DNA of 64,000 bases from an uncultured Candidatus Saccharibacteria bacterium. Its GTDB lineage: Bacteria; Patescibacteriota; Minisyncoccia; Phycocordibacterales; CAIZLB01. The stretch spans positions 2,884 through 66,883 of the forward strand of contig CAZFNX010000002.1 in assembly GCA_964520195.1 (NCBI GenBank), in the 5' to 3' direction. Under the pieces are notes generated by a model. The model searched no databases, was not told the origin of the DNA, and saw only the letters and a program-made list of their open reading frames with translations. Positions 42,821 to 54,737 of the stretch are shown here, piece after piece (position 1 is the stretch's first letter; each line of letters opens with the position of its first letter). The position numbers and the translations under genes were made by a program.

Positions 42821-44557
42821 TTATAAGTTATTAATCTCCTCAAAAGGAATCTTTTTCTGAAGTGCTTTAATTATAGCATCTTCTTTCATAGTAATCATAC
42901 CCTTTTCAGTACGTAAATAGTTACGCATAGTTACCTCTGTTGGATCTTTTAGGATAATACTCTCAAGAGCTTTATCCATTTCGTACATCTCAAAAACAGC
43001 CGCTCGACCTTTTATACCTTTTGGACAATCCGGAGTTGGCTTTATATTATAAATAGTTTCAAGAGGTGGAATGACTTTTTTATATGTCTCAGGAAGATCT
43101 TTAAACTGAGCCTTTATCATCTCCTGAACACTTTCACTCACAGGAACTTCTTCAGCGGCAGGTGTATGAACTCTACCTACAAGTCGTTGAGCCATACCAA
43201 GAATCAATGTTGGTGCAATAAGATATGGATCAATACCCATATCTATGAGACGTGGAACAATACCTACAGCTGTGTTGGTGTGAATTGTTGAAAGCACCAA
43301 GTGACCAGTAAGCGCAGCTTGAATAGCGAGCTGAGCAGTCTCTTTATCTCGGATCTCTCCTACCATGATAATATCAGGATCTTGTCGAAGTGTTGTTCGA
43401 AGTCCAGCAGCAAACGTATACCCAATCTCAGCATGTACCTGTGACTGACTAATACCCTCCATGTTATACTCCACAGGATCTTCAAGTGACAATACGTTTT
43501 CAGTTTCTCGATCAAGTTCCATTAACATAGAATACAATGTTGATGTTTTTCCTGAACCTGTAGGACCTGAAATCAGAATAAGGCCATATGGTTTCTGAAG
43601 CGCCTTTTTAAGCATCTCAAGATGTTCAGGCATAAAACCGAGATTATCTATCTTTTGTACACCTTTATCTTGATCCAAGATTCGCATCACCACTTTTTCA
43701 CCATAGTATGTTGGAAATGTAGATACACGAAAATCAATCTTTCGCCCATCAGTACGCGCAGAAAAACGACCATCTTGTGGCTTTCGTTTTTCATCCAACT
43801 TCATGTCACAGAGTATTTTAATACGTGCAACGAGAGCTTCTATAATATTTTTAGGAAGTTCAATACTTGTGTTAAGAGCTCCATCAACTCGATATCGCAC
43901 TCGTACCTTTTCACGCATTGGTTCAATGTGTATATCAGACGCACCTCCTTCGATGGCATATCGGAGAACTGTTGCTACTATTTTTTTTACAGGAGCATCT
44001 TCAACTATATGAGTATTATCTTGAGTGTTTGCTCGACCAGGAGTACCGTCAGCAGTTCCAGGAACAGTCTCAATCTCTGAAAGATCACCAAACTCTTTTT
44101 CAAAATCAGTTAGTGCTTGATTTACCTCCCCTGTCAAACCCTTATACATCTCTATAGCTCTGTTATAGTCTTCTTCAGACATTAGAAACAACTTATATGT
44201 AACATTGTTTTTTGCAGTAATGAAATTAAGTGCATCACGAGCGCCAATATTATCAGGATCTGTAATACCTATATGCAATACCCCTGCCTTTATTTCCAAA
44301 GGAACAAACTTATAGTGACGAGCAGAATCCTCTGGAATATAACTTAATATTTCATAAGGAATAGTCTTATCCTCCAAAAAATACGCGTCAATATTTAAAT
44401 ACTCAGCCTTGGCTCGTAAAATATCATTATGAGATATACCATGCTCAAAAAGCACAGAATCTAAACTCTGTTTTGTATCAACAGCTTTTTTCTCAAGAAC
44501 CTCTGCGGTTTCGCTATCGAGAATATTCTTTTTTACAAGTAAACTAATAAATGACAT
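42821..44557 (-). CDS. pilB: Pilus extension ATPase (GspE/PilB)
   Basis: ASDIHIEP, GPTGSGKT, LRQDPD, TGHLV. Confidence 0.95.
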   Translation of the reverse strand: MSFISLLVKKNILDSETAEVLEKKAVDTKQSLDSVLFEHGISHNDILRAKAEYLNIDAYFLEDKTIPYEILSYIPEDSARHYKFVPLEIKAGVLHIGITDPDNIGARDALNFITAKNNVTYKLFLMSEEDYNRAIEMYKGLTGEVNQALTDFEKEFGDLSEIETVPGTADGTPGRANTQDNTHIVEDAPVKKIVATVLRYAIEGGASDIHIEPMREKVRVRYRVDGALNTSIELPKNIIEALVARIKILCDMKLDEKRKPQDGRFSARTDGRKIDFRVSTFPTYYGEKVVMRILDQDKGVQKIDNLGFMPEHLEMLKKALQKPYGLILISGPTGSGKTSTLYSMLMELDRETENVLSLEDPVEYNMEGISQSQVHAEIGYTFAAGLRTTLRQDPDIIMVGEIRDKETAQLAIQAALTGHLVLSTIHTNTAVGIVPRLIDMGIDPYLIAPTLILGMAQRLVGRVHTPAAEEVPVSESVQEMIKAQFKDLPETYKKVIPPLETIYNIKPTPDCPKGIKGRAAVFEMYEMDKALESIILKDPTEVTMRNYLRTEKGMITMKEDAIIKALQKKIPFEEINNL

Positions 44558-44568
44558 GATTTACATTA

Positions 44569-45033
44569 TTACCTTTTTTTAGGTGAAGGCAAAGGTTTTG
44601 TTGTTGTACCTATGTCTACAGTAGACCCTTCTGTTGTAGTTGCAACCGTGTCAGATGGAGGAATTTGCACCTGTATCGCAGCGGAGGCACCGTTTGGACC
44701 ATCTATACCTATAGGTAGAAAAGGGTTTCCTCTACCTAGAGATGCACTAAAGTCACTTGGAAAAGGAACTCTTGGAAAATATAATGCATCATATGTCTTT
44801 GTTTGAAGTATTGATGTATCTAGATTGATGTATTGGATAGTTTGAAGATTGGCAACGAATTCTTTATCATATGACTTTTGCCCTGCTTGTTGTGATGAAG
44901 CAGCGACACTTTGCGCCGTTAACGAAGTTGTTGTTGATGCATCTTTTTTAGACAAAACAAAATACCAATACCCAAAGAAAAGGATGATTATGAATATTAG
45001 TGCAAATAATGTATTTTTGTGATTTTTAATCAT
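44569..45033 (-). CDS. Single-TM pilus-cluster protein (PilP position)
   Basis: TM plus GRGNPF motif. Confidence 0.6.
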   Translation of the reverse strand: MIKNHKNTLFALIFIIILFFGYWYFVLSKKDASTTTSLTAQSVAASSQQAGQKSYDKEFVANLQTIQYINLDTSILQTKTYDALYFPRVPFPSDFSASLGRGNPFLPIGIDGPNGASAAIQVQIPPSDTVATTTEGSTVDIGTTTKPLPSPKKR

Positions 45034-45036
45034 AAA

Positions 45037-45678
45037 TTATTTTGTTTTAGTATCACCTATATATTTTAACCAATATGTTCGAAGTGATACATTGAATGTA
45101 TAAATAGGCTCTTGTGTACTGACTATACCTGGACCAGTTGCTGGAGCACTGAAAGAGATAGAGTCTATATCAAGAATTCTTGTAGAGTGTTCAATACGAT
45201 CCAAAAAGGCTAAGAAGTCACTATATGTTAAAGTTACCGCGAAAGAAAAATTAACTACACCTAACCGTGAAGCGTCATATCCAGTGTCTGTTACTAGACC
45301 AGGAACAATACGTGGACTTTCTATAGAGATTTTCTTTGATCCTGTATTTGAAACTTCATTAGTTTTATATAACGCCAAAGTCTGTCTCTCTTCAACCATA
45401 TTTTGAAGCATTTTATCGAAATCAATAATAAGCTTCACATTTTCCACTGTGTTTGGAAGCATCTTATTCATCTTGGCAAGATCATCACTTGTAATCTTAT
45501 TTTTTATATCGTTCAGAGCTTTTACTCGTTCACTCAGGTTTTTTGCATTATCGTTAGCAGTATTTAACCCCTTTACTTCAAGTTGACTTGCTTGTAATTC
45601 TGCAAATTTTGGACGAGTAAAAAAGACAAAGAGGAGTATTCCTGCGGCTATGAGTATGATTGATGTAAATGTTTTCAT
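45037..45678 (-). CDS. pilO: PilO-like protein
   Basis: TM, KMLP, Y.DF..FL..IE.S.RI.DI. Confidence 0.75.
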   Translation of the reverse strand: MKTFTSIILIAAGILLFVFFTRPKFAELQASQLEVKGLNTANDNAKNLSERVKALNDIKNKITSDDLAKMNKMLPNTVENVKLIIDFDKMLQNMVEERQTLALYKTNEVSNTGSKKISIESPRIVPGLVTDTGYDASRLGVVNFSFAVTLTYSDFLAFLDRIEHSTRILDIDSISFSAPATGPGIVSTQEPIYTFNVSLRTYWLKYIGDTKTK

Positions 45679-45688
45679 AATAAAAATA

Positions 45689-46402
45689 TTATTGAGGATT
45701 ATTTGTATTATTTACAGCGGCAGATGTAGGTAGAGTGGCAGGTTTGGCAGGCTGGTTTTGTACACTAGAAACACCAGTATCTCCGATAAGAGTTGCAAAC
45801 CGCACAACAGAAGCAGGTATAACAGTTGTTAAACTAAATGTCGCAAGATCTTGATCTTTTGGCTTACTAAAATCACTAATGATAGTATTTTTAAAAGTCT
45901 TTTGTGCTACAGCGGTAGAAAACTGTGCATCTTGAGCAACAATAGACTCATATCCTATTCCTTGGGCTTTAAGAGACAGAGTAAAACTACCATCATTTTT
46001 CTTTTTTAAATCAAATGAGTTAAAAGACACTTTAGACAAAGTATTCTCACCAAGACGAGCAAATATTGGAGATACTGCTTCGTGATTTTTAATAAGATTT
46101 TCAATAAGATTAAGTCTATCTTGAAGATTTTTTAAATCGACAATAGTTTCTGTAGTATTACGCTTTTGATATTCTATAATGTTTTTTTGAGCATTAACCT
46201 TAGCCGTATCTGTCAACTTTGTTAGAAAAAATACTACACCAGCAGAAACCAAACTACAGACAAATAAGAAAAAGCATAGGAGGAGCATGAGATTACCTGT
46301 TGGAGATTGACCTGATTTTTTTTGAATCTGTCCATCCTCAGAAACAACATTATCAAGTGATGTTTTTGGGATAAATGAAGTTGTTTGAAATCTTGTTTCC
46401 AT
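45689..46402 (-). CDS. pilN: PilN-like protein
   Basis: TSFIPK N-terminus, TM; between pilM and pilO. Confidence 0.7.
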   Translation of the reverse strand: METRFQTTSFIPKTSLDNVVSEDGQIQKKSGQSPTGNLMLLLCFFLFVCSLVSAGVVFFLTKLTDTAKVNAQKNIIEYQKRNTTETIVDLKNLQDRLNLIENLIKNHEAVSPIFARLGENTLSKVSFNSFDLKKKNDGSFTLSLKAQGIGYESIVAQDAQFSTAVAQKTFKNTIISDFSKPKDQDLATFSLTTVIPASVVRFATLIGDTGVSSVQNQPAKPATLPTSAAVNNTNNPQ

Positions 46403-46441
46403 ATGTATATATTTTATTACTCTGCTATAAGTATATCAAAA

Positions 46442-47563
46442 TCAATCTTGCAATGCACGAAGTGCAAGTCCTATTGCAGGTGCAAATGTGAGTCCTGTTG
46501 TTTTTAATGTCTCCTGAAGGAATGCTGGAGTCTCAACTTTTGAAAAAGGTAACGAATATTCAACTTCACACCCAAGTCTCTTTTGCATCAGCTCAAGAAA
46601 ACCTTTGAGACCAGAACTTCCACCTGTAAGCAACACTTTCCCAATCGTCTTATTAAACTTTTTCTGAAATGCTGTTAATAATGTTTGTACTTCACTCACC
46701 ACATATTCTTCATGAATACTGATAAGATCGAGGATTTTTGCTTCATCTACAACACCTGTCTTACTAAGAGAACGTTTCAAGTGTTCAGCCTGATCAAAAG
46801 AAACCCCTAATCCTTTTGATATAGAGAAAGTAATATCTTGCCCTCCTCGAGTTATAGTATGAGAAGAAACCAAAAGACCATTATCCACAATATACAACTT
46901 GAGACTTGAAGCCCCAAAATCAACAATCATTACAGGCCCTTTTTCGCCTGATAAACTTGCACGTGCTGTGGCAAACGCTTCAACTTCGAAAAAACTAGTT
47001 TCCAGTTTTGTCTCATTTACAATAGTTGTGTACCCACTTAACACCTGGTTGTGTATTGCCACCATGAGAACATGGATTTTCTTTTCATTTTCTTCTATTT
47101 GTTTCTGCATATCATCTTCTGGCTCTATAAACTCCAAACTTGTATCTTTCATTTCAGGAATCACAAACCAATCCATAGTTACTTCTGTAATAGGTACAGG
47201 AATATACTTACGAGCCTCCAACGGAATCATTGTAGCAAGCTGTTCTTCGGGTACAGAAGGCACATCAATCACACTTATCAAACTCAACTTGAGCGGAATA
47301 GACATACCTCCTTTCATAGTGGTAATACCTGCCTCACGAATCAAATCAAGTATAACAAGAGCCATGTCTTTTGGTGGCATATTTACAACCTGCCCAACAG
47401 AAAGTTTATTGTATGGACCTAAGCCTAACTCACCATATGTCTCAAGCACTGCTCTTCCCTTTTTTTTCTTAATCTGAACTATCTTAAGAGAAGAAGAACC
47501 TATGTCTATGCCTATAACACTGGTTTCTGGTATAGAAAAAATATTTTTAGTAAAGAAAGACAT
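46442..47563 (-). CDS. pilM: Type IV pilus assembly protein PilM
   Basis: IGIDIGSSSLK, EARKYIP, LTGG, AIGLALR. Confidence 0.93.
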   Translation of the reverse strand: MSFFTKNIFSIPETSVIGIDIGSSSLKIVQIKKKKGRAVLETYGELGLGPYNKLSVGQVVNMPPKDMALVILDLIREAGITTMKGGMSIPLKLSLISVIDVPSVPEEQLATMIPLEARKYIPVPITEVTMDWFVIPEMKDTSLEFIEPEDDMQKQIEENEKKIHVLMVAIHNQVLSGYTTIVNETKLETSFFEVEAFATARASLSGEKGPVMIVDFGASSLKLYIVDNGLLVSSHTITRGGQDITFSISKGLGVSFDQAEHLKRSLSKTGVVDEAKILDLISIHEEYVVSEVQTLLTAFQKKFNKTIGKVLLTGGSSGLKGFLELMQKRLGCEVEYSLPFSKVETPAFLQETLKTTGLTFAPAIGLALRALQD

Positions 47564-47646
47564 ATGCGTTTAAATAATTATATCATAGATATTTTCTTTA
47601 TGAAAAATTTACAAAAACATTATTACTTACTTAATAGTATATATCT

Positions 47647-48357
47647 ATGAATATATCATATACATACCATGTAACACACACCTCAGAGACATTAGAACCT
47701 CACATATATGTACATCGTTATCAAAGTGAAGACGCTAAAGCTGTATTGCACTCATATAAATTTCACCCATCTATATATACGCAATCATATATAGAGTCAC
47801 GAGATGTATGTATACCATATATCATTGACATATGTATTGACAGATATATATCTAGTCTAAAAAATGATATACAACCAAATAGACACTCAAAAAAACAAGC
47901 TTTTATATACACATCTCCCCCTTCAACCATGTTTGAACGAGGAGAAAAAGATATAGATAGTATGTTACATCTTTTATGTACAAGTGTACGTAATATGTTT
48001 CAATATGCAATAGTTCCAAAACATATTCGAATAATCAGTCACAAAATTTTCAATATTCAACAAAAACATATACAAGAAAAACAAGCTCAACATCTTGGAA
48101 ATAACAGCGCAAGGAAAAATAGAGTTAAAAATCTTGAGGGAAGGTATTATGTTTCTACATGGCATACTATATATATTTGGTATTGCATCCACATACTTCA
48201 GATACAAAGCTTTTCATATACAATTATCGATGATGTCTCCTCTACTGGAGCGACACTGGTTGCATGTAAACAAACTCTTATACGCTACCTTGCTGAACTA
48301 CAAAAGAAAAATCCACACATCAGATATGATGTATGGATTGTTTCCTTGTACCATTGA
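47647..48357 (+). CDS. Divergent ComF-like phosphoribosyltransferase-fold protein
   Basis: IIDDVSSTGATL PRPP loop; divergent from pilM. Confidence 0.6.
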   Translation: MNISYTYHVTHTSETLEPHIYVHRYQSEDAKAVLHSYKFHPSIYTQSYIESRDVCIPYIIDICIDRYISSLKNDIQPNRHSKKQAFIYTSPPSTMFERGEKDIDSMLHLLCTSVRNMFQYAIVPKHIRIISHKIFNIQQKHIQEKQAQHLGNNSARKNRVKNLEGRYYVSTWHTIYIWYCIHILQIQSFSYTIIDDVSSTGATLVACKQTLIRYLAELQKKNPHIRYDVWIVSLYH

Positions 48358-48398
48358 ACATTACTCACAGCGGTACAATTTTTTCGTGAGAATTTTGA

Positions 48399-49913
48399 TT
48401 AAACAAAAGTGAAGGCCTTACCTGTTCTTCCAGCTCGTCCTGCTCGACCTATTCGGTGAACATATGAGTCATGTGTTTGTGGAATAGTATAGTTAATCAC
48501 GTGAGATACGTCTTTAACATCTATACCTCGAGCAGCAACATCTGTTGCAATAAGAACATCTATAATACCATTTTTAAATTGATCGAGAGTTCGTGCTCGT
48601 TCTCGTTGCCGTTTATCACCATGTAAATATCCAGTTTTAAATCCTGCCTTGATAAGACCATGTGCAACTTCCTCAACTTCTCTCTTTGTTTCAACAAAAA
48701 TAATAGTTCTTGTAGCACCTTCTTTTCTTAGAAGATCACACAACACAGTAAACTTTTCACCACGTGGAGCCTTAATAATATCTTGCTCTACTGTTTTTGT
48801 TGAACCAGGAACAGCGATGTCAACAACATGTGGATTTTTTTGGAATGTTTGTACAAGTGCCCGAATCTTTGGCGGCATAGTCGCTGAGAAAAATAGAGAT
48901 TGCCGTACAGGATTACATCCTTTAAGGATCTCTGTAATATCATCAACAAATCCCATATCAAGCATATGGTCAACTTCGTCAAGAACAACGTTGTTAAATT
49001 GACTGTATACAATACATCGTCGGTGTGCAAGATCTTTAATACGTCCTGGAGTACCGATGATAAAATGATTTACCAATCGTAGATTTTGAATCTGACGGAA
49101 TATTGGCATACCACCTACACATACAGTTGAAAATATTTTCATACCTCTTGAAAACTCTTCAAACTCTTTGTTAATCTGCATTGCAAGCTCACGTGTTGGA
49201 GCAAGAATGATAACTTTTTGAGTTGGATCTTTTACAACCTTATCAATAAGAGGAAGTAAAAATGCTGCAGTTTTTCCTGACCCTGTGTTTGCTAAACCTA
49301 GAACATCTTGTCCTTTGAGTGCATACATGATCGTTTGATCCTGGATAGGAGTAGGATTTTCATATCCTTTTTCTTTTAGGTTAGCTTGAATCTGATCTGC
49401 AAACTTAAAGTCAGCAAACGTATGTTGTACAGCAACTTTCTTTGTTTTTGCTTTCGCCTCTTTTTCGAGAGTAGCTACATCTGGTTTATATATAAACTTT
49501 GAATGATCGATATGTTCACCTCGTGAACCTCCACGACCTCGCCCTCCTCCAAATCCTCCTCGTGATCGTCCACCAAAACCACCTCTTCCTCTACTAAACC
49601 CTCCTGATCTACCACCACCAAAACCGCCTCGTGAACCGAAGTCTTGTATTGGAGCAGATCTAAATGATGGTCGTGCACGAAAACCACCCCGAGCTGGAGC
49701 TGTCGGAGATACATATGGTCTTGTTTGTCGAACTATTTTTACGTGAGAACTCGTTGTACTTGGAGTACGTGTATGAGAACTATGTTGAGAACTATTTACA
49801 GAGAACCCTCTTGTTCGCGGTGACATTGTGCGCTTAGCGCTTGTTTTAAAAGATCGATCGGACGCATCACCGTGAGGCCGAGAACTTATTCTGTTTTTTG
49901 AGTACATTTGCAT
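48399..49913 (-). CDS. DEAD-box RNA helicase with N-terminal RGG-rich extension
   Basis: Q motif, GSGKT, PTREL, DEVD, SAT, HRIGRAGR. Confidence 0.93.
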   Translation of the reverse strand: MQMYSKNRISSRPHGDASDRSFKTSAKRTMSPRTRGFSVNSSQHSSHTRTPSTTSSHVKIVRQTRPYVSPTAPARGGFRARPSFRSAPIQDFGSRGGFGGGRSGGFSRGRGGFGGRSRGGFGGGRGRGGSRGEHIDHSKFIYKPDVATLEKEAKAKTKKVAVQHTFADFKFADQIQANLKEKGYENPTPIQDQTIMYALKGQDVLGLANTGSGKTAAFLLPLIDKVVKDPTQKVIILAPTRELAMQINKEFEEFSRGMKIFSTVCVGGMPIFRQIQNLRLVNHFIIGTPGRIKDLAHRRCIVYSQFNNVVLDEVDHMLDMGFVDDITEILKGCNPVRQSLFFSATMPPKIRALVQTFQKNPHVVDIAVPGSTKTVEQDIIKAPRGEKFTVLCDLLRKEGATRTIIFVETKREVEEVAHGLIKAGFKTGYLHGDKRQRERARTLDQFKNGIIDVLIATDVAARGIDVKDVSHVINYTIPQTHDSYVHRIGRAGRAGRTGKAFTFV

Positions 49914-49975
49914 GTATCATAGCATACTTGGGGATAATTGACAAGTAGTTATAAGATATGTTCTTTTCACAAGGT

Positions 49976-50920
49976 TTATAGCATAAATAAGGTCTTCCCT
50001 GTGAAATACACTACGTACAACCCTATAATCATATATGGACCGAAAGGTAACTCACTTTTTAGCTTTAATACTGGTAGATATTCAGCTAAACGATGCATAA
50101 TTTTTGATTTCCCTATATGCATACGTGAACCACCATGAGTATCATCAACACATATATGTACAAGTTCTCGTAATAACATGATACCTAGTATTGCAATACA
50201 CCCAATCCAAAATGAATATATGATAGCAGTAAACCCATTACTCAATCCTAGTGCCCAACCAATAACTAATGCGAGCTTAGCATCACCCAACCCCATCCAT
50301 CGCCCACCAGAGACAAGCCACAGTAGTGCAAAAGGTAAAGCTGTTAATAAACCAGATATAGAAGTATAGACAACATCAAGAGTACTTACTCCTCCAAACA
50401 TCACCAATGCGAGTATTGTTTTCACTAATGCATATGCGGATACAATATATATTAATCCGTCAGGAATAATTTTATGCTTCATATCATACACCCCAACAAC
50501 AATAAGTATTGATGCTATCTTAAGATCAATAATAAGAAAAACAAACTGCAACCAAGGATGAGCAAGTAGTACCTGGAAAACATGCGAAGAATTAAACATA
50601 TACATACCTATAAACGATGAGGCGTGTGCACTAAAAAAATACATATAGAAAATAGATGTAAGTAATATACCTGTACACAACTCAACAAGAGGATATTGTA
50701 ATGATATAGGAGACTTGCAGTGACGACATTTTCCTTTACTTACAATGTAACTAAGTATTGGAAAAAGATCGAGAACCTGAAGTGTTTCTCCGCATGAGAA
50801 ACATTTTGATCTCCCTTTAGCAAAACTGAGACCTGTATTATATCGAAAGATAATAACATTTAAGAAACTTCCTATAACAATAGAGAAGATAAAAAATGAG
50901 ATAAGAGCTATATATATCAT
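49976..50920 (-). CDS. pilD: Prepilin peptidase
   Basis: GSFLNV, RSKC..C, MGLGDAKL, PFGP. Confidence 0.92.
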   Translation of the reverse strand: MIYIALISFFIFSIVIGSFLNVIIFRYNTGLSFAKGRSKCFSCGETLQVLDLFPILSYIVSKGKCRHCKSPISLQYPLVELCTGILLTSIFYMYFFSAHASSFIGMYMFNSSHVFQVLLAHPWLQFVFLIIDLKIASILIVVGVYDMKHKIIPDGLIYIVSAYALVKTILALVMFGGVSTLDVVYTSISGLLTALPFALLWLVSGGRWMGLGDAKLALVIGWALGLSNGFTAIIYSFWIGCIAILGIMLLRELVHICVDDTHGGSRMHIGKSKIMHRLAEYLPVLKLKSELPFGPYMIIGLYVVYFTGKTLFML

Positions 50921-50939
50921 ATATCTGAGTATATCACAC

Positions 50940-53900
50940 CTACTTCAATCTCAACATTGCTCTTGTTTTTGATCCTACTGTACCTGTAACTGGTTTAATA
51001 CCTTTTGCCTTTTGATACTCTATAACCGCTGCTTTTGTCAGAGCACCAAAATACGTACTCACACCATTTTTCGCAAGCTTATCTGCCGCAACCCCTATAT
51101 GTTTTGATACTAGGATTTTTTGTAATTCTTTAACATCATTTCCTTTCATACCCATCTTTAAATCTCTAGTAAATATAAATCCTGTTGTGGTTGTAGATGA
51201 GGATACTGCTGTTGTTACTGGAGTATTTAACAATTCAGCAGATGTGGCTACTTTTATTTTTCCATATATACACAAACTAGCATCACTTGCAGCAAATTCT
51301 TCATAGTTTTGTGCTTGCGGATCTTTACATCCATAGTGAACAGATCCTCCACTTCCTGTTGGGCCTGCAGATATCGTTGTTGCAGCAGAAGCAGGAGCAG
51401 AACCAAACAGTGAAAAGATAGAGAAGTTTGGTGTTGTACATGTAATACTATTTTCAGCAGCATTCACAGAACATGAATCAAGTTGAGACCATACCCCATC
51501 ATGATAGTGATACAAAACAAGTGTAGATTCATCAAGTCCAGCAATATCAGCATCGTTATAGTGATATGTAATAGTTACAGGAACATCAAATGAATCAAGT
51601 GTAGTTGTTGCATTGATAAGAGCTTTTACATCAAACACAATACCTCCTACTCCTGTTAATCCGTTCGGCTTACCTATAGATCCAAGAACAGTATTTTTAT
51701 CAAGAGATTTTATTTGAATAACAATAGATGTTGAAGTACCTGTAAAATTTTCAGGAGTAGTAACAGAGAAATATTTTGATCCTTCAGTTACGTTCAATGT
51801 TGTTGTCGCAGTAGATGTTGAAGAAACAGATCCTGTGACTTTTTCATCAGGAGAAGCTCCAGCAGAACATCCTGTCGTTGTAAAGATAGCTGCATTTGAA
51901 GTACTGTGATTATTATACGCACCAGAAGAATACACCTTAAAGAAATACGTAGTACACGGCAACAGGTCAGAGATAGTCTTCGTATGTTCTGTTACTCGCG
52001 CACCTGTGTCGGTCTCTGTACTTGATACATAAGATCCGTCAACAAGTGAGTACAATACTTTTGTTGATGATGTTGCATCTGTTGTCCATGTTATAGTAGC
52101 ACTTGTATTACCAACAGAAGTTGATATATCTGAGATCACAGGTGCAGGTACAATCTGTTGCCATCGTAGATATGGATAATTATTATTTACCCCCGCAGTA
52201 ACAGCCCAGATAGAATCAAAATCCCATGTATTAAGAGGACTTGTTGTAGTACTCAACATAAACACATCTGCACTCTCAGCTTTTTGAGCAGGTGCTCCAA
52301 AACCATATCCTGAACCTTCAGAGAGATCATTGAACCACCAGTTATTAGACGCATAGTAATCAAATCCATATCCATATCCAACAAATCCTCCAGCAACATC
52401 ACCTGCCATAACACGAGATGTTGTAAATGAATCATATGGACCATCATATCCAGGATACATAACACCACCAAATCCTCCAACATTTGCATACCCATAATAA
52501 GAAGCATATACATCTCCTGTTGAGTAACTACGCTCTATCTGTGATTGGCTGTACCCTATCAATCCTCCTGCGCCGTATCCACCATGAACTTCTCCCGTAG
52601 CATATGAATCATGAATCCATGCAGTACTGTTATAACTCGAACCTGCAAGTCCTCCAGCATATCCGTTATCTGACTGAACTCGACCAGTTGCATATGATCT
52701 ACGTATCTCTTTTTCGTTCGCACCTACAAGTCCCCCTGTATCTCCACTACCATAGACATCTGCAGTAGAGTATGAATCAATAATAGTACTACTATGTGTT
52801 CTAAGTGCGTCAGCATATGGACCATCATAAACACGAGTGTTCCATTCATTGATATATGCAGTATTTTCAGGGGTCATTGGATATGGAGTCATATCTAATG
52901 CATATTTTGTCATACCATGATATGGGAGATAGTCAGCATTTTGACCAAGTACACCAAGATTATCATTTGTTGCATGTTTATATGTCACATCATTGTATAA
53001 AATAAAGCTTCGTTCCATACCAGCTTCAGGTGCAACATATGGAAACTCTACAGACAACTGATCACCATATCTCATGACAACAAAATGATCATCACTTGCA
53101 TTAAGGAGTGGTGTTACATCTCCGTATTTTGTAAAATGACCGTATTGATTTTTAAATAATGTATCAGGAAATGGAGAAACTTTACTGTAATCATGATTCA
53201 TAAAATATGTATGATCGATTGCAGTAAAACCATGATATTGCAGATCTGCAGAATCAGGATGATATGTATGTGTTGTAAATGGAACCTGAGGTGATGTGTC
53301 GATAGCAAAATAGTTTGCATTAAATGTATCAAATGCCACTTTTACTTGATAGTTATTTGACTGAAACTTCCCTGTCAAATCAATAGTTCGTAGTCGTGGA
53401 GATCCATCTGAACCAAGTTGGTTTTTATTGTAAATCTCAACCCAGTTTCCATTTGCATCTTTTACCTGAACAGAACGAGCAGAGTTTCCAGGATACTCCG
53501 CACTTGCTGCATAGTCTCGAGCTCCTCGCAAAACAAGCTCTATACTACCTGTTGCGTCAGAAAGATCGCCGAAATCAAGTATCCAATATTTTTTAAGATT
53601 CTTTCTATCGTATACACCCTTCTCATTTTTATAACTCCATGCATCATCATATGACCGGAGATTTTCCAAACAATCACTTCCAGTATCATCAACACAAGAA
53701 ACAAGTGGATGTGTTGGAGTGTTACTTACAGTTCGAAGATCCGCTATGCTCGCAGTTCTATCCAAAGGTTCTACAACAGAATATCCAGGTTGATGATCAA
53801 ATGTCATGAGCGCCATCTAATCATAATACACAACTTCGTTATACTCTTCTGCAACTTTAAAAGAGTATTTTCCATCTTTTGGAACAACAACAGAAGAGTC

Positions 53901-54644
53901 GATCTGAGCCAAATCCTCCCCGTCTAGTTCTTTTGGAAGAATAGAACCTACGTCATCAGTATATGTATATTTTTCTCCATCCCATGAGTATACAAGCGGA
54001 CTTGAGTTTGGAAAGTTATCAGCATTAACATGAACTCCTACCAAGCCTCCAACTCTGTGCAATCCATGAACAACTCCTGTACTGTATACATTTATTACTG
54101 TACCAGAAAGACCTCCGGCAAGGGCACCAACATTGTTTGCACCTCCTGTAATATCAACATTTTCCAAACCTAGATTTTTTACTTCTGCACCTACAGCAAT
54201 AGTTCCAAACAATCCCACATAATACCCTGTTACATCAGTACTACTGTTTGTACCTCTATTAATATACAAATTTGTTATTTTATAATTTTGTCCATCAAGA
54301 GATCCTGTAAAGTTTGCATAGCTAAAACCTTGCCACACATACTGGCCAATAAGACTTACTCCTCCGATAGGATCAAATCCTTTTCCATCTGACCATATAC
54401 TCGCACCATTTGCTGGGTCTTCTGGATTTGTAGCAGAACAATCAATGTCGTTACCTAATACATAATATGCATTTAAATCTCCATCTATCTGTTGCAACTG
54501 TTCACAAGTTGTAATCACATACGGATCTAACTCAACCCCTGTACCTGTTCCTGTAAATCCATCAGCATGCACTTCTTGTGTAAACTTATTTGTAATACAA
54601 AAACTAGAGATTAAGATAAATACTATGATTAAAAATTTTTTCAT
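50940..54644 (-). pseudogene. Large secreted GLUG/FN3/PG-binding surface protein split by one in-frame TAG (53817-53819)
   Basis: Two abutting same-frame ORFs (VVYYD*MALMTFDH); signal peptide only in the first; GLUG motifs on both sides of the stop. Confidence 0.75.
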
Positions 54645-54737
54645 TGATATATGTTTATATGTATAATACTCATAAGTATATCAATAAAATATTTTCTCTC
54701 CTAAGACAAAGATATCCACATATGCTATGCTCTCGAT

